NCBI RefSeq assembly: GCF_004010195.1
Contig: NC_057749.1
Location: 17,284,466-17,348,465 of the forward strand
From: Chiloscyllium plagiosum
Lineage: Eukaryota
DNA length: 64,000 bases
Direction: 5' to 3'
Shown here piece by piece: positions 1-13,842 of this stretch. Position numbers and translations under genes: made by a program. The stretch's first letter is position 1. Every line of letters starts with the position of its first letter. Below the pieces are notes generated by a model, which did not search any database, had not been told where the DNA came from, and saw only the letters and a list, made by a program, of their open reading frames with translations.

Positions 1-960
1 GCCCTAATTGAACCTTCACGTCTCATCTTGAGATAGGCCGCCCTCTTCCATTTTACAAGGGATTCCAATTCCTTATTAAACCACGGCTCCCTCGCATGAC
101 CCTTTCCTCCCTGCCTGACAGGTACATAATTATCAAGGACACTCAATAGTTGCCCCTTGAACAAGTTCCACATATCATTTACACTCTTGCCTTGGAGTCT
201 ACTTTTCCAAGCCACACATCCTCAGTCATGCCTCACCGCATCATAATTTCCCTGCCCCCAGCTATAACTCTTGCCCTGTAGTACACCCTTATCCCTCTCC
301 ATCACGAGAGTAAAAATCACCGAATTATGGTCACTATCCCCAAAGTGCTCACTTACCTCTAATTCTAACACCTGGCCTGGTTCGTTACCCAGAACCAAAT
401 CCAGTATGGCCTCATCTCTTGTTGGCCTATCTACATATTGTGTCAGTAAACCCTCCTGCACACATTGGACAAACACTGACCCATCTAACAAACTTGAGCC
501 AAATCTTTCCCAATCAATATCAGGAAAGTTAAAGTCCCCCATAACACCCACCCTATTACTTTCACTCTTCTCTTGAATCATCCTCGCAATCGTTTCTTCT
601 ACGTTTCTAGGACTATTAGGAGGCCTGTAAAAGACTCCTTACAGGGTGACCTCACCTTTCCTATTCCTAACCTCAGCCCAAACTACCTCGGATGGCAAGT
701 CCTCATCCATCGTCCTTTCCACCGCTGTAATACTATCTTTGACAAGCAATGCCACACCTCCCCCTCTTTTACCCCCACCTCCGCCCCTACTCAAACATTT
801 AAATTCTGGAACCTGCAACAGCCAATCCTGTTCCTGTTCTAGCCATGTCTCCGTAATAGCCACAACATCGAAGTCCCAGGTACCACCCCACGCTGCAAGT
901 TCACCTACCTTATTTCGTATACTTCTTGCATTGAAGTATTAAACACTTCAGCCACTTTCC
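1..960 (-). mobile_element. CR1-clade LINE ORF2 fragment (AP endonuclease), degraded, runs off the window
   Basis: ORFs 639..863 (AITETW, GGGVALLV) and 222..581 (GDFNFPDIDW, LDLVL, SDH). Confidence 0.88.
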
Positions 961-1026
961 TGTTTACGGGCACCCTCCTTTGAAATTGATGCCATGTTCC
1001 TAACCTCCCTACACTCCAGGTCCTGC

Positions 1027-1090
1027 ACTTTTCCCTTTTCCCCTTAAACTTTTCCCTTTTCCCCTTAAACTTTTCCCTTTTTCCCTTAAA
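1027..1090. repeat. Three copies of a 21-bp unit (acttttcccttttccccttaa) inside a CR1 3' fragment
   Basis: Directly visible; translates as FKGKREK repeats in ORF 905..1114. Confidence 0.85.
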
Positions 1091-3501
1091 CCTATGCCGT
1101 CTAGTTTTTGACACCCCTATCCTGGGAAAAAGTCTTGGCTCATCACCCCATCATTTATAGAATGTAACTCTAGATTTGATCCTTGCTGATGAGCATCCAT
1201 TCTTCCCTTACCTTTTTAAAAACTCCATGTACAGATACAATCGAGTGCAATAGAAATGAAATTAAAATAGTGCATGTATTTCAAAATAATAGTTGTAGGA
1301 TTTCCATTTCCAAGTTTGAAAATTTGATCCAGGATTTTATTGTCACATTGGCTGACACTTCAGTACTGTGCAGTCCTTTGGATGAAAAGTTAAACAGTTG
1401 TTTTCTGTCTGATATCTGATAACTCAGTAAATTTGAAAAGTCCTATTGCATTGTTTGAAGTTTCTTTGCTCTATCCAATAATCCTTCTTGCACTAACATT
1501 GCCAGGTGTATGAAACAGAGTCACTGGTCAAATCACCTTATCACATGAACTTCAGGGGTCAGGAAGCTTGATCACCACCTTCTAAAGGCCAAATAGGAAC
1601 AGGCAAGTTGCTGGCCCAGGTAGTGAGACCATTCCCACGAACAATTAAAAATTAAAAATGTTGGAACTGTCAGACATTTTTCCTTGAGCATTGAAGGCTG
1701 AGGGGTGATCTTATTGACATTGATAAAAGCATGAGTAGGAAGGCTTTGGCAGGATTTGGGCCAAATGCTGGAAAATGGAACAAGGTCAGGTTGGGATGTT
1801 TGTTCGACATGGTTGAGTTAGACCGAAGGGTCTGTTTCAGTTTTGTGTGACTGACATTTACCTATGTTACAGGACTAAAGGCATTCATAATAATTTATTG
1901 GTTCTTGAGTGATCAGATGCTATATAACTAAGCTTTTGTTCTTAGTGTAGAAAAAGATTTAGCTGACATCATTTTGGAGAATGTATAAATAAAAATATCA
2001 TTGTAAAAGTGATCCATTTTTTCTGTCTATTCTAATGCCTTGAATTGAATTAGCTTAATTGTCTCATATACTTAATGAATATGGTGAAAAGTTGATACGT
2101 TGCCACTTACACAGCCATCTTAGGAACAAAGATATCTCGGTACAGCTTCTTTAGCTACAAGATCTTAGACAATAGAATAATAAAATGTCCAATGTTGCAG
2201 AACTAAAAGTTCAGACCAATAGACCATGCTGACACCTAGCTTCCAGTCTGTACCAGGCTCTGGCTCCACACTGCACTGGGCTTCATCTTGAAGATCATGA
2301 GGCTTGGAGATCACTGCAGACCTCCACATGGGCCATGAAGTTGCCTCGCCACGTCATGAATCTGCTGCGCCAGGCCACCACACAAAATCAGGAGGCCACC
2401 ACACCATGCCCAGAAAATGCTGTGCCACGTGGCTATGTCAGAAATCATCGCTGGAAGCCAGGAGACAAGGAAAAAAACACTAAGAAAAATAAAAGCGAAA
2501 GAAAGAACACAAGCGAGTGGAGTGGATGAGCTCTAGCTGGAGTGTCCTACTCTGCTACCATCTTGGATAACATTTTGAACAACAATCAAAACTCTAAGGA
2601 TGCATAAGAGACCCAGTTGGCATGTTTTGATGATATGCACCTGAAACACGTTTTTATAGTTGCTCACTTGCATATGTGAGCATTTTAGAATTAGCATTAG
2701 GTTTTATTGTCCTATGTACTGAAGCACAGGAGGACAGTGAAAAGTGTACAAAGTCGCCACTCACCAGGGCCATCTTAGCTACAAAAGCCCAAATATAATT
2801 TTTAAAAAAGAATATAGATAGAAAAACCATATTTAAAACAAAACAGAAATACAAAAAAAAAAGGCCAAGAAGGAAGGGTGAAGCATCCAGACCTAAAGTC
2901 TTAGCTACGTGAGATAGCCTTGTCTCCATAAGGTAAATGGATGTCCCTTCCCAAAGCCTCTGGTCTCAGTGCTGCAGGCCCTCTGAAGTCGCTGCAGCTG
3001 CCGCAGGTCCTTTGAAGTCGCTGTCATTGCTGCTGTTGGCGCTCAGAGGCCACCATTGCTGCTGCTGCCCCTCAGAAGTCGTTGCTGCCACAGGACCTTG
3101 GGACACTTTATCGCTGCCACCGCAGGCACTTGGTCACTGCTGCAGGGGTTTGGTGAGGGAAGAGTCTAAACGGATGAATACCATTATTCATGAAAATCAA
3201 GGTTAGCCTATGGACAATGTTCATAACTGAACTTGAATATTTTTCATTGCAGTTGTAGTTAATTAGTTTGAAAATATAAAATCTGTTGACAGATAATTAG
3301 ATGTGCTGTGATCATACCAGGATTATTGTAAGTTTATTCAGTGCAACTTATAAAAATATCTGCCTTCCTTTGATGAGGAGAATGAGTTCTCGTCACTGGT
3401 ATCCCTTGAACTTTATTTGCTGGATTAGGATCTTGCCTTATCCTTGTAAAGGTTATTTAAGGTGTGTGAACTTCCTAACAGCATCTACCTTGCTTTCTCA
3501 G

Positions 3502-3558
3502 ATGACAAAGAAACCACTCAGACAGACTTGGGATGATTATTACTATGATTCAGAACTG
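3502..3558 (+). CDS. MYO9A: Myosin IXA internal exon (57 nt, phase 0/0), MTKKPLRQTWDDYYYDSEL
   Basis: ttgctttctcag acceptor and gttagt donor; peptide resembles the MYO9A motor segment I recall as ITKKPLRQSWDDYCYDSEP and joins in frame to the next exon. Confidence 0.88.
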
Positions 3559-4444
3559 GTTAGTATTTGAGTTTTGTATTACTAGTGATGTGTTGCTGAT
3601 ATTACACTGTACTTCCACAAGGAAAGCATGGGCAAAACTGTCAAAAGGTGTTAGTTTTTCAAGAAACAGTTAAGTCTTTAATCCAACCAAAAGCAGTTTA
3701 AATTGATCATTCTAGATCATATAATTGGGGAAAAGGTTCAAGTATATTTATATGCATACTTTTTCTTTTGTAAAGCATGCATAAATTCTGTAAATCTCGT
3801 TTGCTCCTCTAATCCACTAACAGGTAAAGTAATGACTATTGCAACCATGTGAGGCTTGTTAACATGTACTGCATTACACAGCTTTGACTATTTAATGAAT
3901 GCACTATCGAGCACTTTGCTTTCCTTGTGGTTGAAAACATGTTAACACCAAGTTTGATTCTTTATCGTGATTGCTTGTAATGGTTTCTACTTGTCCACTA
4001 TATCACAACTGGTAGTACCAATGCTGCACCATTTCTTTCTTTCTATGCACAATAGCATTTCATTTGCAATAATCAACTTGGATGGGAAATATGGGTTCAA
4101 TGAATGAGTGCAAGTGTTCAGATTGTTATGTGTTTTTCATTTTTTGAGTTGAACCACAAAAGGGCAATGCTTCTCCAGTCTTCAGTTTGAAGAAGTATCT
4201 CATTGGCTTTTGTGCTTCAGTTAAACTGATGCAGATCTAAATATAAATGGGAAATCTAATTTGTTAAATATTAATATTCAGTACAGAAGGCCATCAGTAA
4301 AAATAGATAATTGCAAATCAGTTCATACTGGAGGAATGCAGTATTGTAAACATAATAATCTATTAAATAAATAGTGCTTTAGGATGTTGGGTGTCTTTGT
4401 GGAGAGGCAATAGAGAAAGAAGACTCCAAAATGGGACAAATTAG

Positions 4445-4810
4445 AGTCATAGAGATGTACAGCACGGAAACAGACCCTTCGGTCCAACCCATCCATGCCG
4501 ACCAGATATCCCAACCCAATCTAGTCCCACCTGCCAGCACATGGCCCATATCCCTCCAAACCCTTTCTATTCATATACCCATCCAAATGCCTTTTAACTG
4601 TTGCAATTGTACCAGCCTCCGCCACTTCCTCTGGCAGCTCATTCCATACACGTACCACCTTCTGCGTGAAAAAGTTGCCCCTTGGGTCTCTTTTATATCT
4701 TTCCCCTCTCACCCTAAACCTATGCCCTCTAGTTCTGGACTCCCCGACCCTAGGGAAGAGACTTTGTCTATTTATCCTATTCATGCCCCTCTATAAGGTC
4801 ACCCCTCAAC
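4445..4810 (-). mobile_element. CR1 LINE 3' end, 5'-truncated
   Basis: ORF 4521..4784 (RTRGH, FFTQKVVRVWNELP) plus 3' UTR with gaccgaagggtc hairpin and short-repeat tail. Confidence 0.88.
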
Positions 4811-5808
4811 CTCGATCTTGTGTAATTTTACTTAATTAACAATTAAGCAAAAAAGAGATTGAGCTTGCTTTTTGCCGAACGCCTGTTTCTTCAAGTGACG
4901 ATGTGAATTGTTGACTCTGTCAACCTTGCTTTCTGTATATCTGATGTTTGGCATGTGGACCATTTCCAGGTTACATGTTTTGGTACTTCAGCTACCAATC
5001 TGTCTTACTCAAAGTGTGCACATTAACAAGACTTCCAGCCTCTTTCCAGTTTAGCTGGGAGCTTAAGACTGTTAATATCTTGATATTTTAACACATGGGA
5101 AAGAATATGTAAAGATGCTTATGATTTGACTTATTTGACTTGTTTGATTAGAGCAGATCAGTTCATTGAATGGATTTCAGAGGTATCCAAAAGCTGCTTT
5201 TGAAATTTTAATAAAAACAAAAGACTAATGGCTTCTCTGGTTTAAGTAGGCAAAGCAGTGTTCAATTGAATTACATAAAATAATAGCCCACGATTCATTC
5301 ACAAATCTTGTGTTCGCCATTTTAGTTGGGGTAGTTCAAGAGTCCCATACCCGGCCTTGTTGCCACAGATTAGGAAGAAAAAAAATCAACCATGGTTTCA
5401 ATTCTTGATCCCTAATTGCTGGGTATTGTTATTTGATACAAATATTAGCTGAAAGCCATCCAGGACTTAATATCTGGGTCTGTGTAGGTAAAGTAGGCAT
5501 TTAGGTGATTCGCCATAGGATTTCTGGCAAATAAGATCTCAGCAAAGAGATTGGTACAATTAGGAGGAAAAGAAATTAGTTTGGAAAAGGGAGAAAGAAC
5601 AAACTAATTTCAAGCAATTATTAGCATAGTGTTGTACAGTACATGTGTACAAATACTTAAATATTAAAGTGAATGGGTCTAAGCAATAGTAAATGTCTTA
5701 GTATTATGATAATAGCAGTATCTGGTATCCTCATTTCGTGCATTTAATTTAATAATTAGGTTCCACTGGAACAAATATTTTTTAAACTAATGACAAGCAA
5801 AAACTGTA

Positions 5809-6048
5809 CAGGTACACAATCCTTTATCCGAAACGCTTGGGACCAGCTGGTTTTTGGAATTCGGAAATTTTTCCAATTTCAGAATAAGTGACAGTTCAGC
5901 GGGGAACCCCCACATTGAGTGGGTGTGGGATTGGGTTAACTGTTTGCATGCTAAGCAACCTTGTTAATGAGATAAAATCTTCACGAAAAACCTTTGGATT
6001 TTGGAGCTTCTTGGATTTCAGGATTTCAGATAAAGGGTTGTCTATTTG
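5809..6048. mobile_element. Non-autonomous Tc1/mariner (Tigger/pogo-like) MITE, 240 bp
   Basis: Imperfect 25-bp terminal inverted repeats caggtacacaatcctttatccgaaa / tttcagataaagggttgtctatttg, with TA on both sides. Confidence 0.8.
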
Positions 6049-7734
6049 TATTATTTCCCACAGATTATTTATTCAACCAGGGGACTTAAAGACAGCTAAG
6101 TCAGAAGTCTGACAAATGCCATATTAAAATCCATAAGTTGCTGAAGTATGTTAAACAGGCTGAATCTGCCTCCAGTATTTAAATAATGTACAAAAAATTA
6201 TTTCCATAGTAAATATATTACTTTCAGATACTTTACTGCTTAGAAGTTCCCAAATGTGGGCATGAAAGCAGAGCATTGTAGAGACCAAGAAAGATATTAA
6301 AAGTATCCAAATGCTATTCAAGTAGGCAGCTTGAGTCCCTTAAGACTATGTTCGTTGAATCAAGGTTTCATCAAGTCCCAGGCTTTAAGTGCAAAACTTT
6401 GGCTGATCCTCTGGTATTGTACAATCATAAGGGTAGCACTGTTGCCTGATGTGTTGAAACAGGTGGTTCTCTATAGATTAGAAGAAAAACTCTGGAATGC
6501 TGGAAGTTAAATATGGAAATACCAGTATCTCTGGCAGCATTGTAGAGAAAGAAACAAAGTTAACTTTTGAATGTTGTAGATCAGATGGCATTATTTGTAG
6601 AAGTGTAGGAATTTCCATCTTCTGGCAAACCTTACTACAATCTTTTTAACTGGTCATTTGCCTCATAACTGCTCGTTGGATCCTGATATGCATTTTGGCT
6701 TTTGAATGTATCTACATCATAAAACTATGTCAAAAAATGCATTACACCAGGAATAATCTGTCCTTTGGTATTGCTGGAAAAAAAATGTTTGTCAAAACTT
6801 TTTGCCTTGTACTCACCAGGAAAATTCATAAGAGTACTAATTCAAAGAGAAAACAATTTTTATACTGAATTAGAAGAGATTGCCAATTGGTGGTCAATAG
6901 ACTCTGTTAAAGGTGTGGCCATGGAGAATGCAATGGTTAATGATGATTAATAATTATTTGCCATGCTTTTTTAAAATTTTAAACCAGGCAGTTTGACTCT
7001 GACTGTTGAGAGCTTTGCCCTGAGAAATGAATCAGCAAATGGCTGTCACCTGTTTTGTTGAGTTAAAGTAGGTGGAGTGTGTGAACATTCTATCTGCAAA
7101 TGATAAGGCCCTGTGTATTAATGTATGTAGTATCTTGTACATGCAAGTGTGCCACACTGCACGCACAATTGACAGTCCTGAGTTGGTTGTTAGTGTAGTT
7201 ATATGCACACTTAGGATTAAATAGGAAATGTCCACTTGTGGAATCACTTTTACTGTAGGATATTGTTTGCAAATTTTCCTAGTGTAGATTGGTTGGGTAC
7301 GGTTCAGTACATTGCTTGTTGTGACCAACTAAAGTAATATGCTGCTTGATTCAATCTGTCAGTCTTTGTACGATTTTTATACCTTGCATCACACCTGTAC
7401 TGAAATTTGTGTACCACATTATTAATTTGTATAATAGGTAGAAAATCTTTTTAGCTTGACAGTAACATCCTGTTGCTAGTGAAAACCATTCATTTTGCTA
7501 TTGTAACAGTTGTTTCACACTGCCACTACAACAGGCAAAAAGAAATGTGCATGCACCTGTTTCACCCCTGCAAATTGAGTGATAGCCATTTGCTGGTTCA
7601 TTTCTCAGGGCAGTTTCCTGACCAATCAGTGTCAACCTGCCTGGTTTAAAATTTAAGCAAAACTTGGTAGGTAGTTAGCAATGATGATTAATAAATTGCT
7701 GCATTTGTCTTAGTGACAGCTGTATCAATCACTT

Positions 7735-8435
7735 GGAGATGGTGAGTGTTGCTGAACAAAGGGACCTTGGAGTGCAGGTTCATAGTTCCTTGAAAGTAGA
7801 GTTGCCGGTACGTAGGATAGTGAAGAAGGCGTCTGGTATGCTTTCCTTTATTGGTCAGAGCATTGAGTTGGGAGGTCATGTTGTGGCTGTACAAGACATT
7901 GGTTAGGCCACTGTTGGAACATTGCGTGCAATTCTGGTCTCCTTCCTGTCGGAAGTGAAACTTGAAAGGGTTCAGAAAAGATTTACAAGGATGTTGCCAG
8001 GGTTGGAGGATTTGAGCTATAGGGAGAGGCTGAATAGGCTAGGGCTGTTTTCCCTGGAGTGTCGGAGGCTGAGTGGTAACCTTTATAGAAGTTTATAAAA
8101 TCATGAGGGGCATGGTTAGGTTAAACAGACAATGTCTTTTCCCTGGGGTTGGGGAATCCAGAGGTAGAGGGCATAGGTTTCAGGTGAGAAGGGAAATTTA
8201 TAAAAGGGGCAGCTTTTTCATGCAGCAGGTGGTATGTGTATGGAATGAGCTGCCAGAGGAAAGTGGTGGAGGTTGGTACAATTACAGCATTTAAAGGGCA
8301 TCTGGGTGGGTATATGAATAGGAAGGGTTTCGAGGGATATGCTGGCAAATAGGACTAAATGAGGTTAGGATATCTGGTTGGCAAGGACGAGTTGGACCAA
8401 AGGGTCTGTTTCCATGCTGTACATCTCTGTGACTG
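7735..8435 (+). mobile_element. CR1 LINE 3' fragment
   Basis: Same family as 27741-29575; EVYKIMRG and WNELPE coding remnants and matching 3' UTR. Confidence 0.87.
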
Positions 8436-8454
8436 TAGACGCTGAAACGTTAGA

Positions 8455-8600
8455 GTCGATAGTGTGGAGCTGGAAAAAGCACAGCAGGTCAAGCAGCATC
8501 TGAGGAGCAGGGGAGTCCATGTTTCAGGTCGGAACGTTTCATCAGGACTGATGAAAGATTCTGACCTGAAACGTCAACTCGCCTGCTCCTCAGATGCTCC
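8455..8600. mobile_element. Fold-back Penelope pLTR-derived short element, degraded
   Basis: Inverted arms around ctgatgaa...gaaacgtc; homologous to 10685-10908. Confidence 0.7.
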
Positions 8601-8929
8601 TCACTTTATCAACTGCAAATTTGCCAGCACTTTCCTCTCAAGTTTGAATATTGGTTTTCCCTGTTATTGATAATCTTTCAAATTGTCTTGATGTGTGCAA
8701 GATGAAAATGCTCCCAGTTTTGCACTTACATAGTATACATGACCAGCGGTAGTTGCCCATCCTTAATTACCATGAATTTAGTGGCTTGTTTGGCAAATTG
8801 AGAGGACAGATAAGAGTCAACGACATTGTGGTGGATCTGGAGTCACGCACAGGCCAGACTGTTTTAAGGCTGGCAGATCAAAGGAAAGGAAAGACCAGTG
8901 GAGGTTTCCAATTTTTTTTCAATATTACT

Positions 8930-9700
8930 GAGACCAAGATATCAGAGCAGAATTAGGCCATTCAACCCATTGAGTCTGCCCCACCATTTGGTCATGTCTG
9001 ATGTGTTTCTCAATCCCATTCTCGCTGTAACCCTTGTACTTAATATCAATCAAGAACCTATCTACCTCTTAAATACATACAATGACTTGGCCTCCAATGC
9101 CCTCTGCAGAAATGAATTCCACAAATTATCTTCCCACTGTCTGAAGAAAATCCTCATCTCAGTTTTAAGGGGTTACCCCTTCACTCTGAGGCTGTCCCCT
9201 TCGGGTCCTAGTTTCTCCTCCCAATGGATACATCTCCATGTCTATTTTATCCAGGCCTTTCAGTATTCTGTAAATTTCCACCAGATCCCCACTCATTTTT
9301 CTAAACTCCATCAAGTACACACCCAGAATCCTCAGCTGCTCCTTATATGACAAACCCTTCATCACTTCAATCATGCTTGTAAAACCTCCTCTGAACCCCC
9401 TCCAGAGCAGCATATTTTCCTTTAGGTATGGGACCCAAAATTACTCTCAATATTCTAAATGTGGTCTGACCAGAATCTCCGCAGTACATCTTCTGCTCTA
9501 GCCCTCTTGATGTGAAAATTGTATTTGTCTTCCTAATTGCCAGCTGAACCTGTATGTTAATCTTAAGAGAATCCTGAGCCAAGACTCCTAATTCCCTTTG
9601 TGCTTCCGAAGTCTTTCCCCAGTTAGAAAATAGACTGTGCTTTTATTCTTCTTACCAAAGTGCATAATCTCTCACTTCGCTGCGTTGTATTCTGTCTGAA
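8930..9700 (-). mobile_element. Older CR1 LINE 3' fragment
   Basis: ORFs 9165..9413 (GLSYKEQL, GDLVEIYRILKGLDK) and 9367..9582 (LEGVQRRF). Confidence 0.8.
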
Positions 9701-10073
9701 CATTCTTCACCCACCATCAGCTGCCATGGTGGGATTTGAGCCCATGTCCCCAAACCTGGGCTTCTGGATTGCTAGTCGATTGACGATACCACTACAACAG
9801 CAATTTCCCCCCTTTATGAACTTTCTGAGATATATGTTTAAAGTGCTGCAGAAGTTCTAGTATTTTCTTCAACCCACTTTGTACAGTGAATGTGACTCCA
9901 GGAATTATGATATTATTTTGAGTTATTATGGATTCTGTTTTGTGACCCACTATAATACAGCTACTGCCAAAGTTTTCAGAATGAAAGCTGTGAAAATATT
10001 GTTGTAAACCATTCTTGTGTGCATAGTTAAAAATCTGATTATCATCACTTACAATATAACAGCTGCTACACAC

Positions 10074-10422
10074 AGTAGAATCCCTACAGTGTGGAATCAG
10101 GCCATTCAGCCCATCAAGTCCACATCAACCCTCCAAACAGCATCTCCCCCCACCCCAACCAGAACCCTGTAACCATGCATTTTCCATAGCTAATCCACCT
10201 AGCCTGTACATCACTGGACACTGTGGACAATTTAGCATGGCCAGTCCACCTAACCTGCATATCTTTGGATTGGAGGAGGAAGTTGGAGCACCCAGCAGAA
10301 ACCTACGCAGACACAGGGGTAATGTGCAAACTCCACATAGACACTTGGTAGAGGATGGAATTGAACTCGGGTCCCTGGTGCTGTGAGGCAGCAGTGCCAA
10401 CCACTGATCCACTGTGCCGCCC
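10074..10422 (-). mobile_element. HE1-like V-SINE (tRNA-derived head, V-domain, CR1-type tail)
   Basis: Minus strand reads ggcggcacagtgg...cactgctgcctcacagcaccagggacccgagttcaattcc then gtggagtttgcaca...tccaaagatatgcaggttaggtgga. Confidence 0.85.
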
Positions 10423-10684
10423 TGTAAACATTGTAACAATTTCCTATGTTTATGCATGTAAGGTGATCTCCATTTCTCAGATCCATTTTATTTTCATAAA
10501 ATCCTCAAAATGACTCAACTGTTATCTAAGTAAAACATCAGATAAGTTTTTGAAATGCAAACAGATTGTGTTAGAAATCCAACTGTGGCCAGAGCAAGTG
10601 TTAACATTTCTGATTGATGACTTTGCTCAGAACAAGTATGTGCAGTATTGGAGTCAGGCATTTATAGACCTAACTATCACAACT

Positions 10685-10908
10685 GAGAGTGTGGTGCTGG
10701 TAAAGCACAGCAGGCCAAGCAGCATCCGAGGAATAGGAGAGTTGATGTTTCGGGCATGAGCCCTTCATCAGGATGAAGGGCATTCCTGATGAAGGACCAA
10801 TGCCCAAAACGTCGATTCTCCTGCTCCTCGGATGCTGCCTGACCTGCTGTGCTTTACCAGCACTACACTCGTGACTCTGATCTTGAGTATCTGCAGTCCT
10901 CACTTTCT
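10685..10908. mobile_element. Fold-back Penelope pLTR-derived element with HHR-like cores on both strands
   Basis: Inverted arms, one-sided tail ending cactttct; flanking direct repeat cctaactatcacaact at 10669-10684 and 10909-10924. Confidence 0.85.
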
Positions 10909-11800
10909 CCTAACTATCACAACTCCTCTTTGAGATTTAGTCAAATCTGTGTCCATCGATGCTCATCTAAATAAGATGCCATAAGGTGGCATAAAATTCA
11001 TAAGGAATGTTTACATTCATTCTTTCACCGTGTTACCCTATCATTCTGTTTCATCTTTCATTAAACATCTTTGAAATAGAACATCCAAGACTGTGCAACA
11101 TAAGCTCAGTATTGCAATCATTCCCCATTATGCGTACAAGTCATGGCCTGGAAGTTGAGCATCTGAGCTGACTGACATTGAGCAAAGTTAAAAATCACAT
11201 AGGTTATAGTCCGACAGGTTTATTTGGAAGCACTAGCTTTCGGAGTGCTGTTCCTTTGTCAAGAAGCTGTGGAGCAGGATCATAAGACTTAAAATTTATA
11301 GCAAAGCATTGCAGTGTCATGCATGCATGCAACTGGTACAATACATTGAACAAATCTAGATTGCTGTTAAGTCTTTCATCTTTTAAAATGGGTTGCAGGT
11401 TTTTGGTTTATTAATATGTAACTACCAGAACTTCTTTAAGTCACATTCCTGAGATAACGTAAGGTTTTATTAAAAAAAGTGACATCTCTGCTCAGACAAT
11501 GCATTAAGCATGAGAGGTTTAAGTCTGCCTGTATCCCAATCTTGAGTCAGATTGGTTTCTGTTTCCAAAGCAGGAATTTATAAAATGTTACATGGATTGA
11601 CTACCTGCAGATTGTGTGCTTTTTGAACAAAATAGAATGTATCTGCAATTACAAGATCTTTGGGTGACCATCCTCCAAGGTGGACTTCAGGCTACGTAAC
11701 AACGCAGAGTGGCTGAGCAGACGCTGATACTCAAGTTTGGATGGCCTCAACTGGGATCTTGGGTTCATGTCACACGACAGGTGACGCCTCTGCACTCTAC

Positions 11801-12350
11801 TGTTGACTCAAAAAGAAACTCTCGGACCACACAATATTAAAACTAACTTTATTTTGATTAAGCTGGTGAGAGATTAATAGATTGTAGTCCAGAGTATCAA
11901 TCTAGATATCCCTAGATGAACTAATGAGAGATCTCTAATTTTTAGCAAAAGGCAGCGTATTTTATAGCCCTTATGTGTGTAACAATTTCATATTTTTTCA
12001 TTTCCCACAATATGATGTTTCCACCTCTAACTAATGTTCTCATGATTAAATTTAGGTGATTAGTACATTTTAGTCTTGTTCTCATAGATCAAAAATGGAG
12101 CTATTGATTTAAAATGTTTCTTCTTCATCTTGCGTCAAAGCAGATAAAGCTAGACATTTGTCAGTATTCTATTCATTTGCTGTTCCTGGGAAAGCAGAAC
12201 TACAAAGTTATGCCAAGAGTCTCATATTCCTTAATTCTTTCTCATGGTCACTGTGACTTCCATTTTAAACTTATAAGACAAATTATTATTGCAAGATGGA
12301 GATTTAAAATGGAGGATTTCAATCGTGGATTCTCCAATACTTTATCAATA
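11801..12350. mobile_element. Possible solo LTR (550 bp) inside the Penelope element
   Basis: Starts tgttga, ends tcaata (one change from tcaaca) and interrupts the Penelope sequence; TSD imperfect (ctac/ctct). Confidence 0.4.
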
Positions 12351-12388
12351 CTCTCTCCCTCTCTCTCCCTCTCTCTCTCTCACTCACT

Positions 12389-12424
<36 letters not shown>

Positions 12425-12498
12425 CTTACATACTCACACTCACGCAGACTCTCTCTCTGTCTCATGCACATGCACACGCGTGCGCACACGCGCACTTA
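12351..12498. repeat. Compound (CT)n/(CA)n microsatellite
   Basis: Directly visible. Confidence 0.95.
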
Positions 12499-13842
12499 CA
12501 CCGGCTTAACTCAAAAAGCATACAATCTGCAGGCAGCCATGTAACATTTTAGAAATTCCTAGTTTGGAAATAGAGCTAGTCTGACTCAAGGTTGAGATGT
12601 AGACAGACTCTGACTTCACACATTTTTTTAATAGCTATTTTATTGATAAAGAACATTTTTAAGATTTTTTTATGAAATTACAAAAATAATACAAACTAGT
12701 GTATTCCATTTTACAATATAATAACAACATCAATGTAAAATTAAATAAATAAAAAATAACAAACTAACTACTAATCTATTCTACAAACAACCGAAACATA
12801 AAATAGGATATCATACATTACTAACAGTAAACAACAAAATAATTAAATAACTAGACACATATTCAAAATAGATTTATATCAAGTCATAATAAAACCCGTA
12901 TTTATACGGGATTCCCCCTCCCGGGGGCCCCCGAAACATTCAGAACCATTGCCACAGCTGAACAAAAGCCCTGAACAGTGTGGCGGAAATGGAGAGCCCA
13001 AAAGTAGGGACGTTGGATCCAATCCAATCTCCATACCCAAAATCTCTGTCAAGGCATTCACTACTCTATCCCAATACTTATGGATCTTATGGTATGCCCA
13101 TAGACAATGCGTGAGAGTGTCAACTTCGATTTTACATTTAGGACACGTTAGGGATGCTCCTGCCTTGAACTTTGAGAGTCGTTCAGGTGCCATGTGAGCC
13201 CTGTGAAGTATTTTTAATTGAGTAGCCTGCGTTCTGTTATAGATTGAGATCTTTCTGGCATTTTCCCAGATGTCCTCCCACATTTCTAAAGAGATTTCCA
13301 ACCCTCATTCTTGATTCCAGGTTTTATACAATCGTTCCATGTCCTTCGACACCTTATTGTATAATGAATGATAAAGAATACTCACCGAGGGTGGCCCTAT
13401 CGGCCAAAGCACTCTCCTTTCCCTTTCTGATTTTTAAGGATTGACTATCAGTGTCGTCTTCTTTTGTATAAATTCTTGTATTTGAAAATACCGAAAGAGG
13501 CCCTTGATGGGCAGTCCAAACTTCTGGCGCAGCTGCTCAAAGGACATCATAACCTCTCCATCGAACAGGTCTCCCAAACAGGAGATACCTCTGGACTCCC
13601 TGGCAGAAATCCTGATGTTCCCACTATGGGGGTATAAGGGAGGTTTGTTTTGCAGGTTACCTTCATCTTGTCGCATTATCTTCCAGGCTTTGCTTTTATT
13701 TAGTAGAATAGGGTTTTTACGATAGTCTGTAATAACTCTTATCTTGTCCATAAATAATAAATTGATGAGGGGACATATTGCTTGGCAAGTCTCGATATCT
13801 AACCAGATTGATTTTGGGTCACAAGATAAGATACATAAGATA

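Noticed and set aside
10355..10422. tRNA genes at SINE heads (also near 60680-60747 and 62590-62650)
   Set aside because: Only A/B-box-like remnants fused to the V-domain; no full cloverleaf seen
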